DNA of 64,000 nt from Malacoraja senta (taxonomy: Eukaryota), in the NCBI GenBank assembly GCA_038087875.1, contig CM075989.1, positions 4,836,001 to 4,900,000 on the forward strand, written 5' to 3'. Each line of letters opens with the position of its first letter. Within the stretch, counting starts at the first letter, position 1. Positions 37,302 through 49,860 of the stretch are shown here, one piece after another. The translations under genes were made by a program, and so were the position numbers. Under the pieces are notes generated by a model. It was given only the letters and a program-made list of their open reading frames with translations, was not told the origin of the DNA and did no database searches.

Positions 37302-38203
37302 TTAACAAGCATCCAAATCTAGGGTAGTTTTGTTTCAGTTCCTTTTCACTGGAGAAGCAATATGCAGGTCTACAGAAATCTTGAATATTGGAATTGTTTT
37401 GTGGTAACACTGGAATGTCATAAAGCATTTCAGGTGGGATCAATTTGGAGGGAAGCAAGAACACTACATTGCCACAAGGTTTTGAGTAAACCTGTTTACT
37501 TAATGAGACAGACTGATCCATTCGAGCTGGAATTGCCATCAAAGGAAAAAGTGATATGTTTTTAATATATAAATATTGTATTTGAAAAATGTTCCCTGTC
37601 CCCTAATTGCGAGTACAAACTTGGACTAAAACCATTTGGATTAATTGAAGGCAGAATTTAAAGTGGGTCATTTACTCGGTCTTTTTCACAAGGCTGGATC
37701 AAATGAAAAGGGACTAAAACTCTTGCTGTGAATTGAATTTCACACATAGAAATGGGTGGTTCAATTATTTATTTGGATGGATGTTGCTGATGAGAGGAAT
37801 AATATTATAAAGGATAAAGTAAAGTGGATTGAGGGTCATATTTGTCATACCTATGATTAAAATCATTATAAGTTGCAATGTTTTTTAAACAGAAAGTCAA
37901 AAGTTTGCAGTGATATACCAACAGTATCCATTTTAACTTTATCCAGATTTTATCTTTAGCTCTAATTGGAATGTGTATGAAAAATATACTTAAAAGCTGC
38001 CTTGAATTCCCAGTGACTTCAAGGGCGTTAACCTGAGAAGAGAGCAGATTCTTAAACCACATGCCTCTGCCCCTCGCGTCGCAGTGGTCAATGTAGTTCA
38101 GTCGTCCATCTGAAATATTTAATTTGATCCTGGTTTTAAAATTGAATTCCCTATTGTGCTAACAAAACCTTTACTACTGGGAAGCACACATTTTATACTA
38201 TTA

Positions 38204-38509
38204 AATAAAATTTTATCTTTTCAAACTTTGTCACTAATTTTTTTATGGATTTTTACAGAAAAGCCACAATGGTTTTTACTGGTTTTGAGGTTTGTTTTAA
38301 ATGAACTCCATTGATGGTTAAATTTCAGCAGAAGATAATGAGCCCGTCACACATTGAATGCAGATGTTGGTCGTGTACAAGATTTCTCTCTGTATGTACT
38401 AAATTAGGGTAGTGGAAGTGTAAATATTGTGTAAAGTGGTCTTAATTTAATGAAAGCTGTTATAAGTATTTCATTTAGATTGTGATAAATTTGTTTATTT
38501 TGGAATAAA
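38204..38509 (+). promoter_or_regulatory. Candidate TICRR polyadenylation signals (AATAAA at 38204 and 38504) in an AU-rich 3'UTR
   Basis: Two canonical hexamers 0.9-1.2 kb after the stop, in repeat-free AT-rich sequence. Confidence 0.5.
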
Positions 38510-38566
38510 CTGGAAATTATATTACAAGCACATGCAACTTGTACATGTTACTTCATACTCCATACT

Positions 38567-39377
38567 GGGCTCTGGGCAGCGGCCATGTCAGCAGCGCGTC
38601 AGATTTTTAGTATGTTTTAAAGTGTGTATTTAATGTCTCTTTGTGTGTCTTGTGTGGGGGGGGGTAAGGGGGAAACCGCTTTGGTCGCCTCCTCCATGGA
38701 GAGGCGACTTTTTCCAGGTCGCCTCCCCTGTGGCCTAACATCAAGGATCGGCGCGGCCTTTCCCAGAGACGCGCCCGGGGCTTCAGCGGCGGGCGCAGCG
38801 TGGACTCTCGGCGTGGAGCGGGTGAACCCTCGTTGGGGCTCGCTGGAGGGGAGCGCTCCCTTTCGCTGGCCCGGGGCAGCCGGCAGCCTGAAGTTGCGGT
38901 CTGCAGAGCTGCAGCTGGTGCGGCGTCTACAGCCCGGGATCCCTCGTGGGGGACCCGGGGGAAGAAGAAGAAGCCATCACTGCCAGCCCGCGGTCAACTT
39001 CTACCGCGGGGCCGGCATGGACTTACCAACACCCCTGCAAGGGAGCTTCGACCGCCGGCCCTGCAGTCTACGGTGCTTCTGGCTGCGGCAGAGACTTTAT
39101 ATCTCGACAGCCGGCCTGCGGCCTACAACAACTTAAAGCCGCGGTCTCCGGTGAGGAAGAGCCGATCCTGGACTGACTCTGGTCCTGTCCACGGAGGGGA
39201 AATGGAGGAGGATTGGCCAAATTTTTGTGCCTTCCACCACAGTGTTGAATGCTGTGGTGGATGTTTGCGTTACATTTTTTTATTGTGATTGTGTGTTCTT
39301 ATTATTGTATCGCTGCTGACAACCCAAAATTCCACCAGCTTGGCTGTGTGGTCATTAAAATACTATACTATACTATA
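38567..39377 (+). mobile_element. GC-rich non-autonomous retroelement, diverged relative
   Basis: Shares the 5' GGGGTAAGGGGGAAACCGC...CCTCCATGGAGAGG block and the 3' GTGCCTTCCACCACAGTG block with 29001-30006. (ATACT)n tail. Confidence 0.7.
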
Positions 39378-40499
39378 GACCTTGATGAAGGTGCATTAAA
39401 GACAAATAACCTTGCGTTTCAAGTGTTCATCCACCAACAATATGTTTCCAATGTGTTGTTTTCATTTTCACTAAGTTCTTCCAACTATGAAATAATAAAG
39501 AGACTTACAAGTCCAAGTTTGTTACTAAAATCGCAGATATGTAACAGAGAATAACTTGATGCCTGTCCTCTCACAAAAAAATCTTATTTACACAGAAAAT
39601 TATAGCACAGGGACATGTAGGCACAAGGAACTGCAGATACTGGAATCTTATGTAGAACACAATGCTGGAGTAACTCAGTGGGTCAGGCAGCACTTTTGGA
39701 GGGAAAAGGGTAGGACAGGGCAAAGGTCAATTCAGTTTAGTTTATTGAACTAAGGTACAATGAAAAGCTTTTGTTGTGTGCATCCGAGGTCAATATTGAA
39801 CCCAGGTCTCTGATGCTGTGAAGGAGCGGCTCTACCAGCTGTGCCGCCTATGTTCCTCTGATGTGCCCCTGACGTTTTAAGCTTGTCATGTATCAGAAGT
39901 TATACTAAACTATATACACGTGCACTTGAGTTTTTATTATTATTGAGGATTTGGATAAGTTTTCCTCATTTGAACTATCTGACGTCCAGAACCTTTTTTA
40001 TGTTCTCTTAAAATGTTCAGGTTGTTTTCTTCATTCCTTCTTCAAAGGGTTGATTATTGTAGCAAAATTGGTATTGGTTTGTCACTTCACCTAGGATGTT
40101 CTTCATAAAATATTCCCATATATTGTGGGTAAGTAATTTGATCTTTGTGATGAGGTGTGGGTAGGGATGAATTAGTTGGGCAGACAGTTGTCTATATTCA
40201 AAATTCTGATAGGAACATATGTTTGCTTAAGGTTGTGCTGGATTGTGCCCCCGGAGCAAAGACACAGAGTTAGAGCATTGTGCATAGCACTTAAGCTGGA
40301 AAGAGTGCAGAGAAGATCTACGAGGATGTTGCCAGGATTTAAGGGCCTGCGTTATAGGGAGAGGTTGGGCAGGCTAGGACTTTTTTCCTTGGAACACAGG
40401 AGGATAGGGGGGTGATCTTGTAGAGGTGTATAAGATCACGGGAAAAGGTAGGGTAAATGCAGTCTTTTACCCAGAGTAGGGGAATCAAGAACCAAAGGA

Positions 40500-40940
40500 A
40501 GACACAAAATGCTGGAGTAACTGAGTGGGACAGGCAGCATCTCTGGAGAGAAGGAATGGGTGACGTTTTGGGTTGAGACCCTTCAGACTGATGTCAGGGG
40601 AGTGGGCGGGACGGAGAATGTAGTCGGAGAACTGGGAAGGGGGAGGGGATGGAGAGGGAGAAAAGCAAGAAGTTAGACAAGTCGATGTTCATACCGTTGG
40701 GGTGTAAGCTACCCATGCAAAATATGAGGTGCTGTTACTCCAATTTGCACTGGGCCTCACTCTGACAATGGAGGAAGCCCAGGACAGAAAGGTCAGATTG
40801 GTAATGGGAGGGGGAGTTGAAGTGCTGAGCCACCGGGAGATCAGGTAGGTTAAGGCAGACTGAGTGGTTCAGCGAAACGATCGCCAAGCCTGCACTTGGT
40901 ACTGAGCGGAGGTGTTCAGTGAAACGATTGCCGAGCCGAA
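40500..40940 (-). mobile_element. Penelope-like element fragment (GIY-YIG C-terminus plus pLTR), inserted in a CR1 fragment (~40290-41220)
   Basis: RLGNRFTEHLRSV...LPVAQHFNSPSH..SDLSVLG.LHCQSEAQ.KLE, followed by the hammerhead-bearing repeat. Confidence 0.82.
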
Positions 40941-41689
40941 CCAAGGGAGATGGGTTTGACGTGAGAGGGGAAAGGTTTACCAGGAGCCCGAGTGATAGCT
41001 TTTTTTACACAGGGTGGTGGGTATATGGAACGAGCTGCCAGAGGAGGTAGTTATGGCAGGTACTATAACAACATTTAAAAGGCATTTGGTAAGGTACATG
41101 GATAGGAAAGGTTTAGAGGGATATAGGCCAAATGTGAGCAGGTGGATCTAGTGTAGATGGACATCTTGGTCACATGGGCAAGTTGGGTCGAAGAGCCAAT
41201 TTCTATGCTGTATGACGCTCTGTATAGATGTCATTGGAAAAGACCAGGTTATATTTCACGGGTAGCTTACACCCCAGTGGTATGAATATTGATTTCCTTA
41301 CCTCCAAGTAACCCCGCCATTCCCTCTCTATCCCTCACCCACCCAGTTGTTTTCACCCAACAAATAGCTGTTTAAGAAGTAAGCCATTTAGAACGGAGAC
41401 GAGGAAACACTTTTTCTCACAGAGAGTGGTGGAGGCAGGTTCTCTGGATGCTTTCAAGAGAGAGCTAGATAGGGCTCTTAAAAATGGCGGAGTCAGGGGA
41501 TATGGGGAGAAGGCAGGAACGGGGTACAGATTAGGGATGATCAGCCATAATCACATTGAATGGCGGTGCTGGCTCGAAGGGCCGAATGGCCTACTCCTGC
41601 ACCTATTGTCTATTGTCTGCCATTGGCCTGTTTCCTTTGTCATTGCACCTTTTTTGCATTTTTTAAATTAATTATTCTTTATCTCTACA

Positions 41690-43094
41690 TCTCTATATTA
41701 CTAAAAGTCTGATCTTGACCACATCCCGTTCGGTATATTGATTTTAGAAAAAACGCTGCCACTTCGGCTGTGATTTTTGGCCATCTTACTCCGAGTCCTC
41801 CTCCGCTGCGCAGGACAAGAGGATTTTTCCCATCGATTAAAAATAAAAGAGTTATTAGTGTTTAAAACATGTTGAGATTCTCTCTCCTGAAGGCCACGCC
41901 CCTTCCGGAGGGACTATAAAACCCGGAAGTGTTGAGTGCCTCAGTCAGTCTGCAAGATGGGGGAGCGAGAGGGTCACGTCTCTCAGTCTGAGCTGTGAAT
42001 AACACTGAACACATGTCTACTAAACTTTGAGTTGTTTTACTGACCTGTCAGTGCCCTTAATGTGGTTTGAAAATATAGTTTGGAAATGCTAAAGCTGTGT
42101 TGCCTTTGGTTTGGAAATGCTAAAGCTGCGTTGCCTTTGGTTTGGAAATGCTAAAGCTGTGTTGCCTTTGATTTGGAAATGCTAAAGCTGTGTTGCCTTT
42201 GGTTTGGAAATGCTAAAGCTGTGTTGCCTTTGGTTTGGAAATGCTAAAGCTGTGTTGCCTTTGGTTTGGAAATGCTAAAGTTGCCTTGCCTAATTAAAGT
42301 TGCCTTGCATAATTAAAGTTGCCTTGCTTAAAGTTGCCTTGCCTAATTAAAGTTGCCTTGCCTAATTAAAGTTGCCTTGCCTTCTATATAATTAAAAGTC
42401 TAATCTTGACCACTTCCTGTTTGTGCTTTATATTGATTTTAGAAAAAAACGCTACCATCTTACTTGGAGTCCCCCTCTGCTCATCGGCTGCCGAGGATTT
42501 TTCCCATCGATGAAAAATAAAAGAGTTATTAGTGTTTAAAAAATGTTGAGATTCTCTCTTGTCAATCATGCCATGAAGGCCACGCCACTTCTGATGGGAG
42601 GGGGAGGGACTATAAAACCCAGAAGTGTGGCCGTGGCTCAGTATCTGCAAGATGGAGGAGGGAGAGGTCATGACTCGCTGTCTTTAGTGGCCTTGCACCC
42701 TGCTTGAAATGGTATGAAACTGCACTTGAATTTGGTGGCCTTGCACCCTGCTTGAAGTGGTAAGAAACTGCACTTGAATTCGATGGCCTTGCACCCTGCT
42801 TGAAATGGAATTTCAAGGAATAGCCGTGAGTGAACTGCCAGCCCATCAGCCATGAGTGAGATGCCAGCACAACAGGCTTGAGTGACTGAGCCGACAGCCC
42901 AAAAATCCATTCGGCCCACAATGTCCATACTAGCCCTCTGGAAACCAATCCCTTCAGCCCACAACACCCATACCAGCGCTCCAGAAAGCCCCCACTGGCC
43001 ACCAATATTGGAATTGTTGGTGAGGTGGAATATTGCGTTGGGGGACCAGCCCTCACCTGTGATGCTGGGACCCAACGGGTCCCACTTAGTCTAG
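41690..43094 (+). mobile_element. Complete non-autonomous Helitron (1405 bp)
   Basis: A|TC 5' end, CTAG|T 3' end, perfect hairpin TGGGACCC-AAC-GGGTCCCA at 43066-43084, no TSD, splits a Penelope-derived repeat. Confidence 0.87.
42078..42382 (+). repeat. Minisatellites inside the Helitron: 31-bp unit x ~6.5, then 19-bp unit x ~5.5
   Basis: GGTTTGGAAATGCTAAAGCTGTGTTGCCTTT and AATTAAAGTTGCCTTGCCT in head-to-tail arrays. A 48-bp unit x ~2.5 also lies at ~42687-42808. Confidence 0.9.
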
Positions 43095-44238
43095 TCATCA
43101 TCTATATTTCTCGTTTACCTTATCCCTAACCAGTCTCCCCGAAACGTCACCCATTCCTTCTCTCCAGAGATGTTACCTGCCGCTGAGTTACTCCAGCTTT
43201 AATGTCTTTTAATTGCACTCATGGGTTGGTAGCACTGAGTTTGTTTTTTATGGCTTGGAGAGCAAAATTTGAGAAGTTTGAGTTCTAAAATGAATTGATA
43301 CAGTTTATGATGTGTAAGAAAAGCAAAAGCATTTCCAAGAGTTGAGATGAGATTTGAGAGACGAAGTTAGGGGGTTGGGGTGGTTCTCTTTTAAACTTGG
43401 CCCTATTGATTTATGAAAGTGGCAACATATGCAGCAAATGAGAGTGAAGCAGGCGAGCTGGAAGGAAAGCAAACAATCGGACTGCTCTTGGCTTGGGGGG
43501 TGAGGGCAGAGGTCTGTAGGAGAAAGGCACATTTGTGAAAGCGTGCTCTGCTGTGCTGTCCTGATGAAAAATCCATTTTCTTAATGTTGTCCTTTCTCTG
43601 GATATCCTCCAGAGGGCACACCTTGTTCAGTTTTAACAGCAATTGGACCTTGAGTGATTCAGTCGTATTTAATTCAGCCTTTGATGGGTTATATTTCTGG
43701 GAAATATAGACTTATCTTTCAAGGCATCTTGAAGGAATAAAGTCCTCAATTCATCTTAAACACTTGACTGTTTATCATTTCTCATTTTGTGTTTTTTATT
43801 TTAGCGATAAGTTTCATAGAGTGGTAAACAACTAGCCTTTAGTCCTCCAGGCAATTGGGTCACCAGTTAGAACTGGTTAACAGAAATCGATTGTCTTAGA
43901 ATTAGTAGAATAGTCTCTGGGTTATGCTGAGGCAAGGTATGTTTTAGCCCAGCATGTAGTACCTGGAGTATGGACCAAGTAAAAGAGTTTCACACAAAGT
44001 GCTGGAGTAACTCAGCGGGTCAGGCAGCATCTCTGGAGAAATGGAATAGGTGACATTTTGGGTTGAGACCCTTCAGACTGAAGAAGACTAAAAGGGCTTT
44101 GCAAGTTTGGGCCAAGTTTTTAGATATATATTTAAATATTTAAAAGAATTAAGACGAGCAGGAAGCCAGAAGCTGATGGAAACTTAAAGACAAAAGCTGA
44201 GGCAATGAAAGACTAAATGATAACCAGAATCAATCAAG

Positions 44239-44462
44239 AGGGTCTGTCCCATTTGGCGATTTTTTTCGGCGATTGCTGGCGACATATCAGTGTCGCCAAA
44301 AGATTTTGAACATTTCAAAATCCAGCGGCGACAAAGAAAAAATGTTGCGACACTTGAAAAAACACCGAGGCGTCATACGTCCTCACGTATTTTTCGGCGA
44401 CCTGATACGTCTGCCAATGATGCCGGCAGTCGCTGAAAAAATCGCCAAGTGGGACAGGCCCT
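44239..44462. mobile_element. Harbinger-like MITE
   Basis: TIR AGGGTCTGTCCCATTTGGCG / CGCCAAGTGGGACAGGCCCT. Confidence 0.72.
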
Positions 44463-45439
44463 TAACAGAAAACCTTTAATTAAAGTCAGCAAGGAAAAAA
44501 TAAATAAAAAGTCAAAATTAAAGGCTCTTTATCTGACCACATCCAGCTTTCAGAACAGGATAGATCATGGGGTGATCTGAGAGCTTTTAGGAGGATGTAT
44601 TCGCAATATGACCGAGGATGGTTATTAAATATTCCAGGATACTTCCACTTTATCCCCTTTCTAACATTTTAAAGAAATGGTAGCCCTAGTAATAAAGAGT
44701 GGGATAAAGGCAGTGCAGCAAAGTGATTATAGCTTGGAAAACTATAACAGCAGAATAACAAATTTTACAGTGAGCACAATGAATTTAAAGGGAACAGGAA
44801 ACTGTCCTGGTGAGTTTATGGGGAGTGCTGGAACAGAATCCAATAGGTTTTAGCTTGTGTTTGTCAAAATAAGCTGAAACATGAATGTTCTGGATCGAAT
44901 GTTTCTCCAAGTAGTATATTGGCTTCAACCATGTAACAGCAAGGGGTGGAAAAGCATTGGCAGGAGTTATCTATGGGCTCTCATACTGTAGTGGTAATGT
45001 AAGGCATAATATAATACAGGAAATGAGATGGTGCCTATTAGAACAATATAATAATCATGTGGGATTTTACTCTTGTAAATGTTTCTAATATAATAAAATC
45101 GCAATGGTCTGGCATCTGATTGAGTTGGCACTGCCTCACTCATTAGTGCACGAGGTCTTGGTTATCAATGGACCCCTGCAATGCACAGACTCACAAGCTT
45201 GGCTGTGCGTGTGTTTGAGATCAGTGAGGGTCAGAAACATGCATAGGTTGTGGCCAGGAGTGGCCTTTTAAATTCTAGGAAAGGGGTAAAGTGAAAATAA
45301 CGCAGAATATTTAAGCTTCTATGGGTGTGTAAAGGGGGAAAAGATCAGAACTGGTTAATTTGACAGACGTGCTGGAGAAATTACACTGGTAGAGAAATTA
45401 AACAGACAGTCTTTTTGTGTCCTTCATGATATTAAAGGC

Positions 45440-46885
45440 AACATAGAAACATAGAAACATAGAAAATAGGTGCAGGAGTAGGCCATTCGGCCCTTCGAGC
45501 CTGCACCGCCATTCAATATGATCATGGCTGATCATCCAACTCAGTATCCCGTACCTGCCTTCTCTCCATACCCCCTGATCCCTTTAGCCACAAGGGCCAC
45601 ATCTAACTCCCTCTTAAATATAGCCAATGAACTGGCCTCAACTACCTTCTGTGGCAGAGAGATCCAGAAATTCACCACTCTCTGTGTGAAAAAAGTTGTT
45701 CTCATCTCGGTCCTAAAGGATTTCCCCTCTATCCTTAAGCTGTGACCCCTTGTCCTGGACTTCCCCAACATCGGGAACAATCTTCCTGCATCGAACCTGT
45801 CCAACCCCTTAAGAATTTTGTATGTTTCTGTAAGATCCCCCCTCAATCTCCTAAATTCTAGCAAGTACAAGCCGAGTCTATCCAGTCTTTCTTCATATGA
45901 AAGTCCTGACATCCCAGGAATCAGTCTGGTGAACCTTCTCTGCACTCCCTCTATGGCAATAATGTCCTTCCTCAGATTTGGAGACCAAAACTGTACGCAA
46001 TACTCCAGGTGTGGTCTCACCAAGACCCTGTACAACTGCAGTAGTAAAACCTCCCTGCTCCTATACTCAAATCCTTTTGCTATGAATGCTAACATACCAG
46101 TCGCTTTCTTCACTGCCTGCTGCACCTGCATGCCTACTTTCAATGACTGGTGTACCATATCACCCAGGTCTCGTTGCATCTCCCCTTTTCCTAATCGGCC
46201 ACCATTTAGATAATAGTCTGCTTTCCTGTTTTTGCCACCAAAGTGGATAACCTCACATTTATCCACATTATACTGCATCTGCCATGCATTTGCCCACTCA
46301 CCCAGCCTATCCAAGTCACCTTGCAGCCTCCTAGCATCCTCCTCACAGCTAACACTGCCCCCCAGCTTAGTGTCATCCACAAACTTGGAGATGTTGCATT
46401 CAATTCCCGCATCCAAATCATAATATATATTGTAAATAGCTGGGGTCCCAGCACTGAGCCTTGCGGTACCCCACTAGTCACTGCCTGTCATTCTGAAAAG
46501 GACCCGTTTACTCCTACTCTTTGCTTCCTGTTTGCCAGCCAGTTCTCTATCCACATCAATACTGAACCCCCAATACCGTGTGCTTTAAGTTTGTATACTA
46601 TTCTCTTATGTGGGACCTTGTCGAAAGCCTTCTGAAAGTCCAGATATAACACATCCACTGGTTCTCCCCAATCCACTCTACTAGTTACATCCTTGAAAAA
46701 TTCTATAAGATTCGTCAGACATGATTTACCTTTCATAAATCCATGCTGACTTTGTCCAATGATTTCACCACTTTCCAAATGTGCTGCTATCCCATCTTTA
46801 ATAACTGATTCTAGCAGTTTCCCCACTACCGACGTTAGACTAACTGGTCTGTAATTCCCCGTTTTCTCTCTCCCTCCCTTTTTAA
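45440..46885 (-). mobile_element. CR1 (HER1-like) LINE, young 5'-truncated copy
   Basis: GNYRPVSLTS, YLDFQKAFDKVPH, SGVPQGSVLGP, FVDDTKLG, HLEYCVQFWSP, (TTCTATGT)n tail, few frameshifts. Confidence 0.93.
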
Positions 46886-48274
46886 GGCATGTGGCATTGG
46901 TGAATGACTGAAGTCCTGGAATGAATGGCAAGCTGATAGAAGTTGGCATTAATCAAAAGTCACAACTAGAGAGTGATCCTAAGCTACTATTTATCTCTTT
47001 GGAAAAGCTTGGACTATCTTTAATCAGCGTTTACTGGACGATACCGACGATACCTTGCATTAAACGTGAATCCCCTTATCTTGTATCTGTACACTGTGGA
47101 CAGCTCGATTGTACCATGGATAATCTTTCCGCTGATTAGTTAGTACCCAGCAAAAGCTTTTCACTGTTCCTCGATACACATGACAATAAATTAAACTAAT
47201 AGAGCCATTAAATGGAATTGGTCTAGAAAATCCGAGGTTTGATGACCTGCATCCCAAGGCTACAGTATGTAAGAGATGAAGGACAATGGGTGCAGAGATT
47301 GGAATAGATCATACAGTAGGACATGAAACAGTACAGCACATCATGTTTGTGCTGTCTGCATTTGATCCATATCCGTCTATTCCCTCCACTTCCATGTGCC
47401 TCTCCAAAAGCATCTTAAACGCCACTGTCGCATCAGTCTCTACCTCCAGCCCTGGCAGCAGATTCCAGGCCCCCACCACCCTCTGTGTAATAAACTTGCA
47501 CTGCACGACTCCTTTGTGGAATCTTAATTTGAGAACAGTTCTGGTTGGAAGGTAGCAAATGTAACTGCACTGTTCAAGAAAGGCAGGAGAAAGTAAAATG
47601 ACAATGACAGATTAGTTAGCCTTTCATCAGTGGTGGGGAAATTGCAAAAATCTAATAAGAAACTAGCAGAAGATCATTAGTAAAACATGACAGCAAAATT
47701 GTTCATTGCAACATTTGAGACACTGTTGGTAGATGAGCAGATTTTACGGATTATTGGATGGTATTTTTATTAATACTGCAACATGTGTGTAATTCATTTT
47801 TCTAGATGGTCTTCTCCTTATCGAGTCCACATGCAAGATTAGAAGTTCAGCCAGAGTTGAACACACTTCTCGGCATCTGCATACAATGGTGTCTGTTTTG
47901 CCGCTTCTTGTGCTTCTTATGCGTGGTGGTGGAAAGATTGGTGGAGACAGGGCCGCCCGCGATCGACGTGAACACTCTTTCCTTGATGGTTTAAATGGCA
48001 ATTTCCAGTGAACCTACAAGGTTTAAAGGGAGCACAGGGAACAAGGACCTGGAAGGTTTTAAATGAACATGGGGAAACAAAACCAGGTTAGATTTAAGGG
48101 AATGCGACTGACTGAGTAAGTTTAAAGGTGAGTTTAACCTGGAATCTCATTCAGTTAATGGAGTGCATAAGTGAACACTTGATGAGTCAGTCACTGAGCC
48201 GTTGGTATCTCCAGATGGTCAGGTTATGGTTTATCAGAGTTTTACTGCAATAGGTTTGGATGGAATAAATATGG

Positions 48275-48566
48275 ATTTAGTTTAAAGATACAGTGCGGAA
48301 ACAGGCCCTTCGGCCCACCGAGTCCGTGCCGAACGGCGATCCCTTTACACTAACACTATCCTACACACACTAGGGACAAGTTACAACTTTACCAAGCCAA
48401 TTAACCTACAAACCTGTATGCCTTTGGAGTGTGGGAGGAAACCGGAGCACCCAGTCACGGGGAGAATGTACAAATTCCGTACAGACAGCACCTGCAGTCA
48501 GGATTGAACTCGGGTCACTGACTGCGTGTAAGGCAGCAACTCTACTGCTGCGCTACCGTGCTGCCC
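48275..48566 (-). mobile_element. HE1-like V-SINE
   Basis: Full-length reverse copy of the SINE family. Confidence 0.8.
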
Positions 48567-49569
48567 TCATGAAAGGGAAATTAATTTTGATTAATCTGCT
48601 AATTATTTTTAACTTTGGAGTGGAAGTGATATGTTTGCACTTTCAGAAGGCCTTTGATAATGTGTCACATTGTTTATTAAACAAATTTAGAGCTCAAGGG
48701 AGTTGGATAACTTACTGCTGCCTGTTTGAGGATTAGTTAACAGACATTAAATGGCTACTATAGTTTATATAAAGTCATACAGCACGGAAACAGGCCCTTC
48801 GGCCCCACTCGTCCATGCTAGCCAAGATACCCCACGTAAACTAGTTCCATTTGCTCACATTTGGCACATTTAAACCTTTCCTATTCATTTACTAGTCCAA
48901 ATGTCTTTTAAATGTTGTTTATGTACCTGCATCAACCACCTCCTCTGGCAGCTCATTCCATGTAAACACCATTTGTGAATTAATAGGTTGCCCTATCTAC
49001 TCCCCTCATGATTTTATACACCTCTATATGATCACCATCAAGCCTCCTGTGCTCCAAGGAATAAAGTCCTCGTCTGCTCAACCTCTCAGAGGTTAGCCCC
49101 TCGAATCCTGGCAACATCCCTGTAAATCTTCTGTGCGCTCATGCTAGCTTAATGACATCCTTCCTATAGCAGGGTGACCAGAACTGAATATAGTACTCCA
49201 AAGGCAGTCTCACCAACGTCTTGTACAACTGCAACATTGGTTGGAAGGCAGTAACTACATCATCTGGCACGGACTGTCTGCTGTTCAAAATTACTATTGG
49301 TAATTTGTAAAAGGAGTTCAACTGGCTCTCTGATGATGCAAAAGTGTGTGCTGGTGTGTGGTGTGAGTGGGATGTAAGGAGGGTTCTGGGGATATAATCT
49401 GAGTGAAGATATAGCTAGTGGATATTTTGTGGACAAATATGAGAACCTGAATGTGGATATTGCAGGAAAATGGCACTGAATATTGGCCATAATATTGAAT
49501 GTTATTTATGTACCTGCATCAACTACCTCCTCTGGCAGCTCATTCTATATACCCACCAGACAGGGTAAG

Positions 49570-49860
49570 TGGCAGCATGGTGGCACAGCGGTAGAGTTGC
49601 TGCCTTACTGCGCCAGAGACCCGGGTTTAATCCTGACTACAGGTGCTGTCTGTTTGCAGTTCGTACATTCTCGCTGTGACTGTGTGGGTTTTCTCCAGGT
49701 GCTCCGGTTTCCTCCCACACTCCAACGATGTACAGGTTTGTAGGTTAATTGGCTTCAGTAAAATTCAGTAGAATTGTGTTAGTGTACGGGGCGATCGCTT
49801 GTCGGTGCGGAATCGGTGGGTCGAAGCGCCTGCTTCCGCGCTGTATCTCTAAAGCTTAAA
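49570..49860 (+). mobile_element. HE1-like V-SINE
   Basis: A-box-like GGCACAGCGG, B-box-like GGTTTAATCC, V-domain TGTGGGTTTTCTCC...TTCCTCCCACA, CR1-like tail. Confidence 0.82.

Noticed and set aside
42078..42382. Regular ~31-bp repeats resembling a CRISPR array
   Set aside because: The units are head-to-tail with no unique spacers, there are no cas genes, and the context is vertebrate, inside a Helitron.
45541..46949. 291-aa and 153-aa RT-like ORFs as a host or retron-type gene
   Set aside because: Ordinary 5'-truncated CR1 ORF2 with frameshifts and a microsatellite tail.
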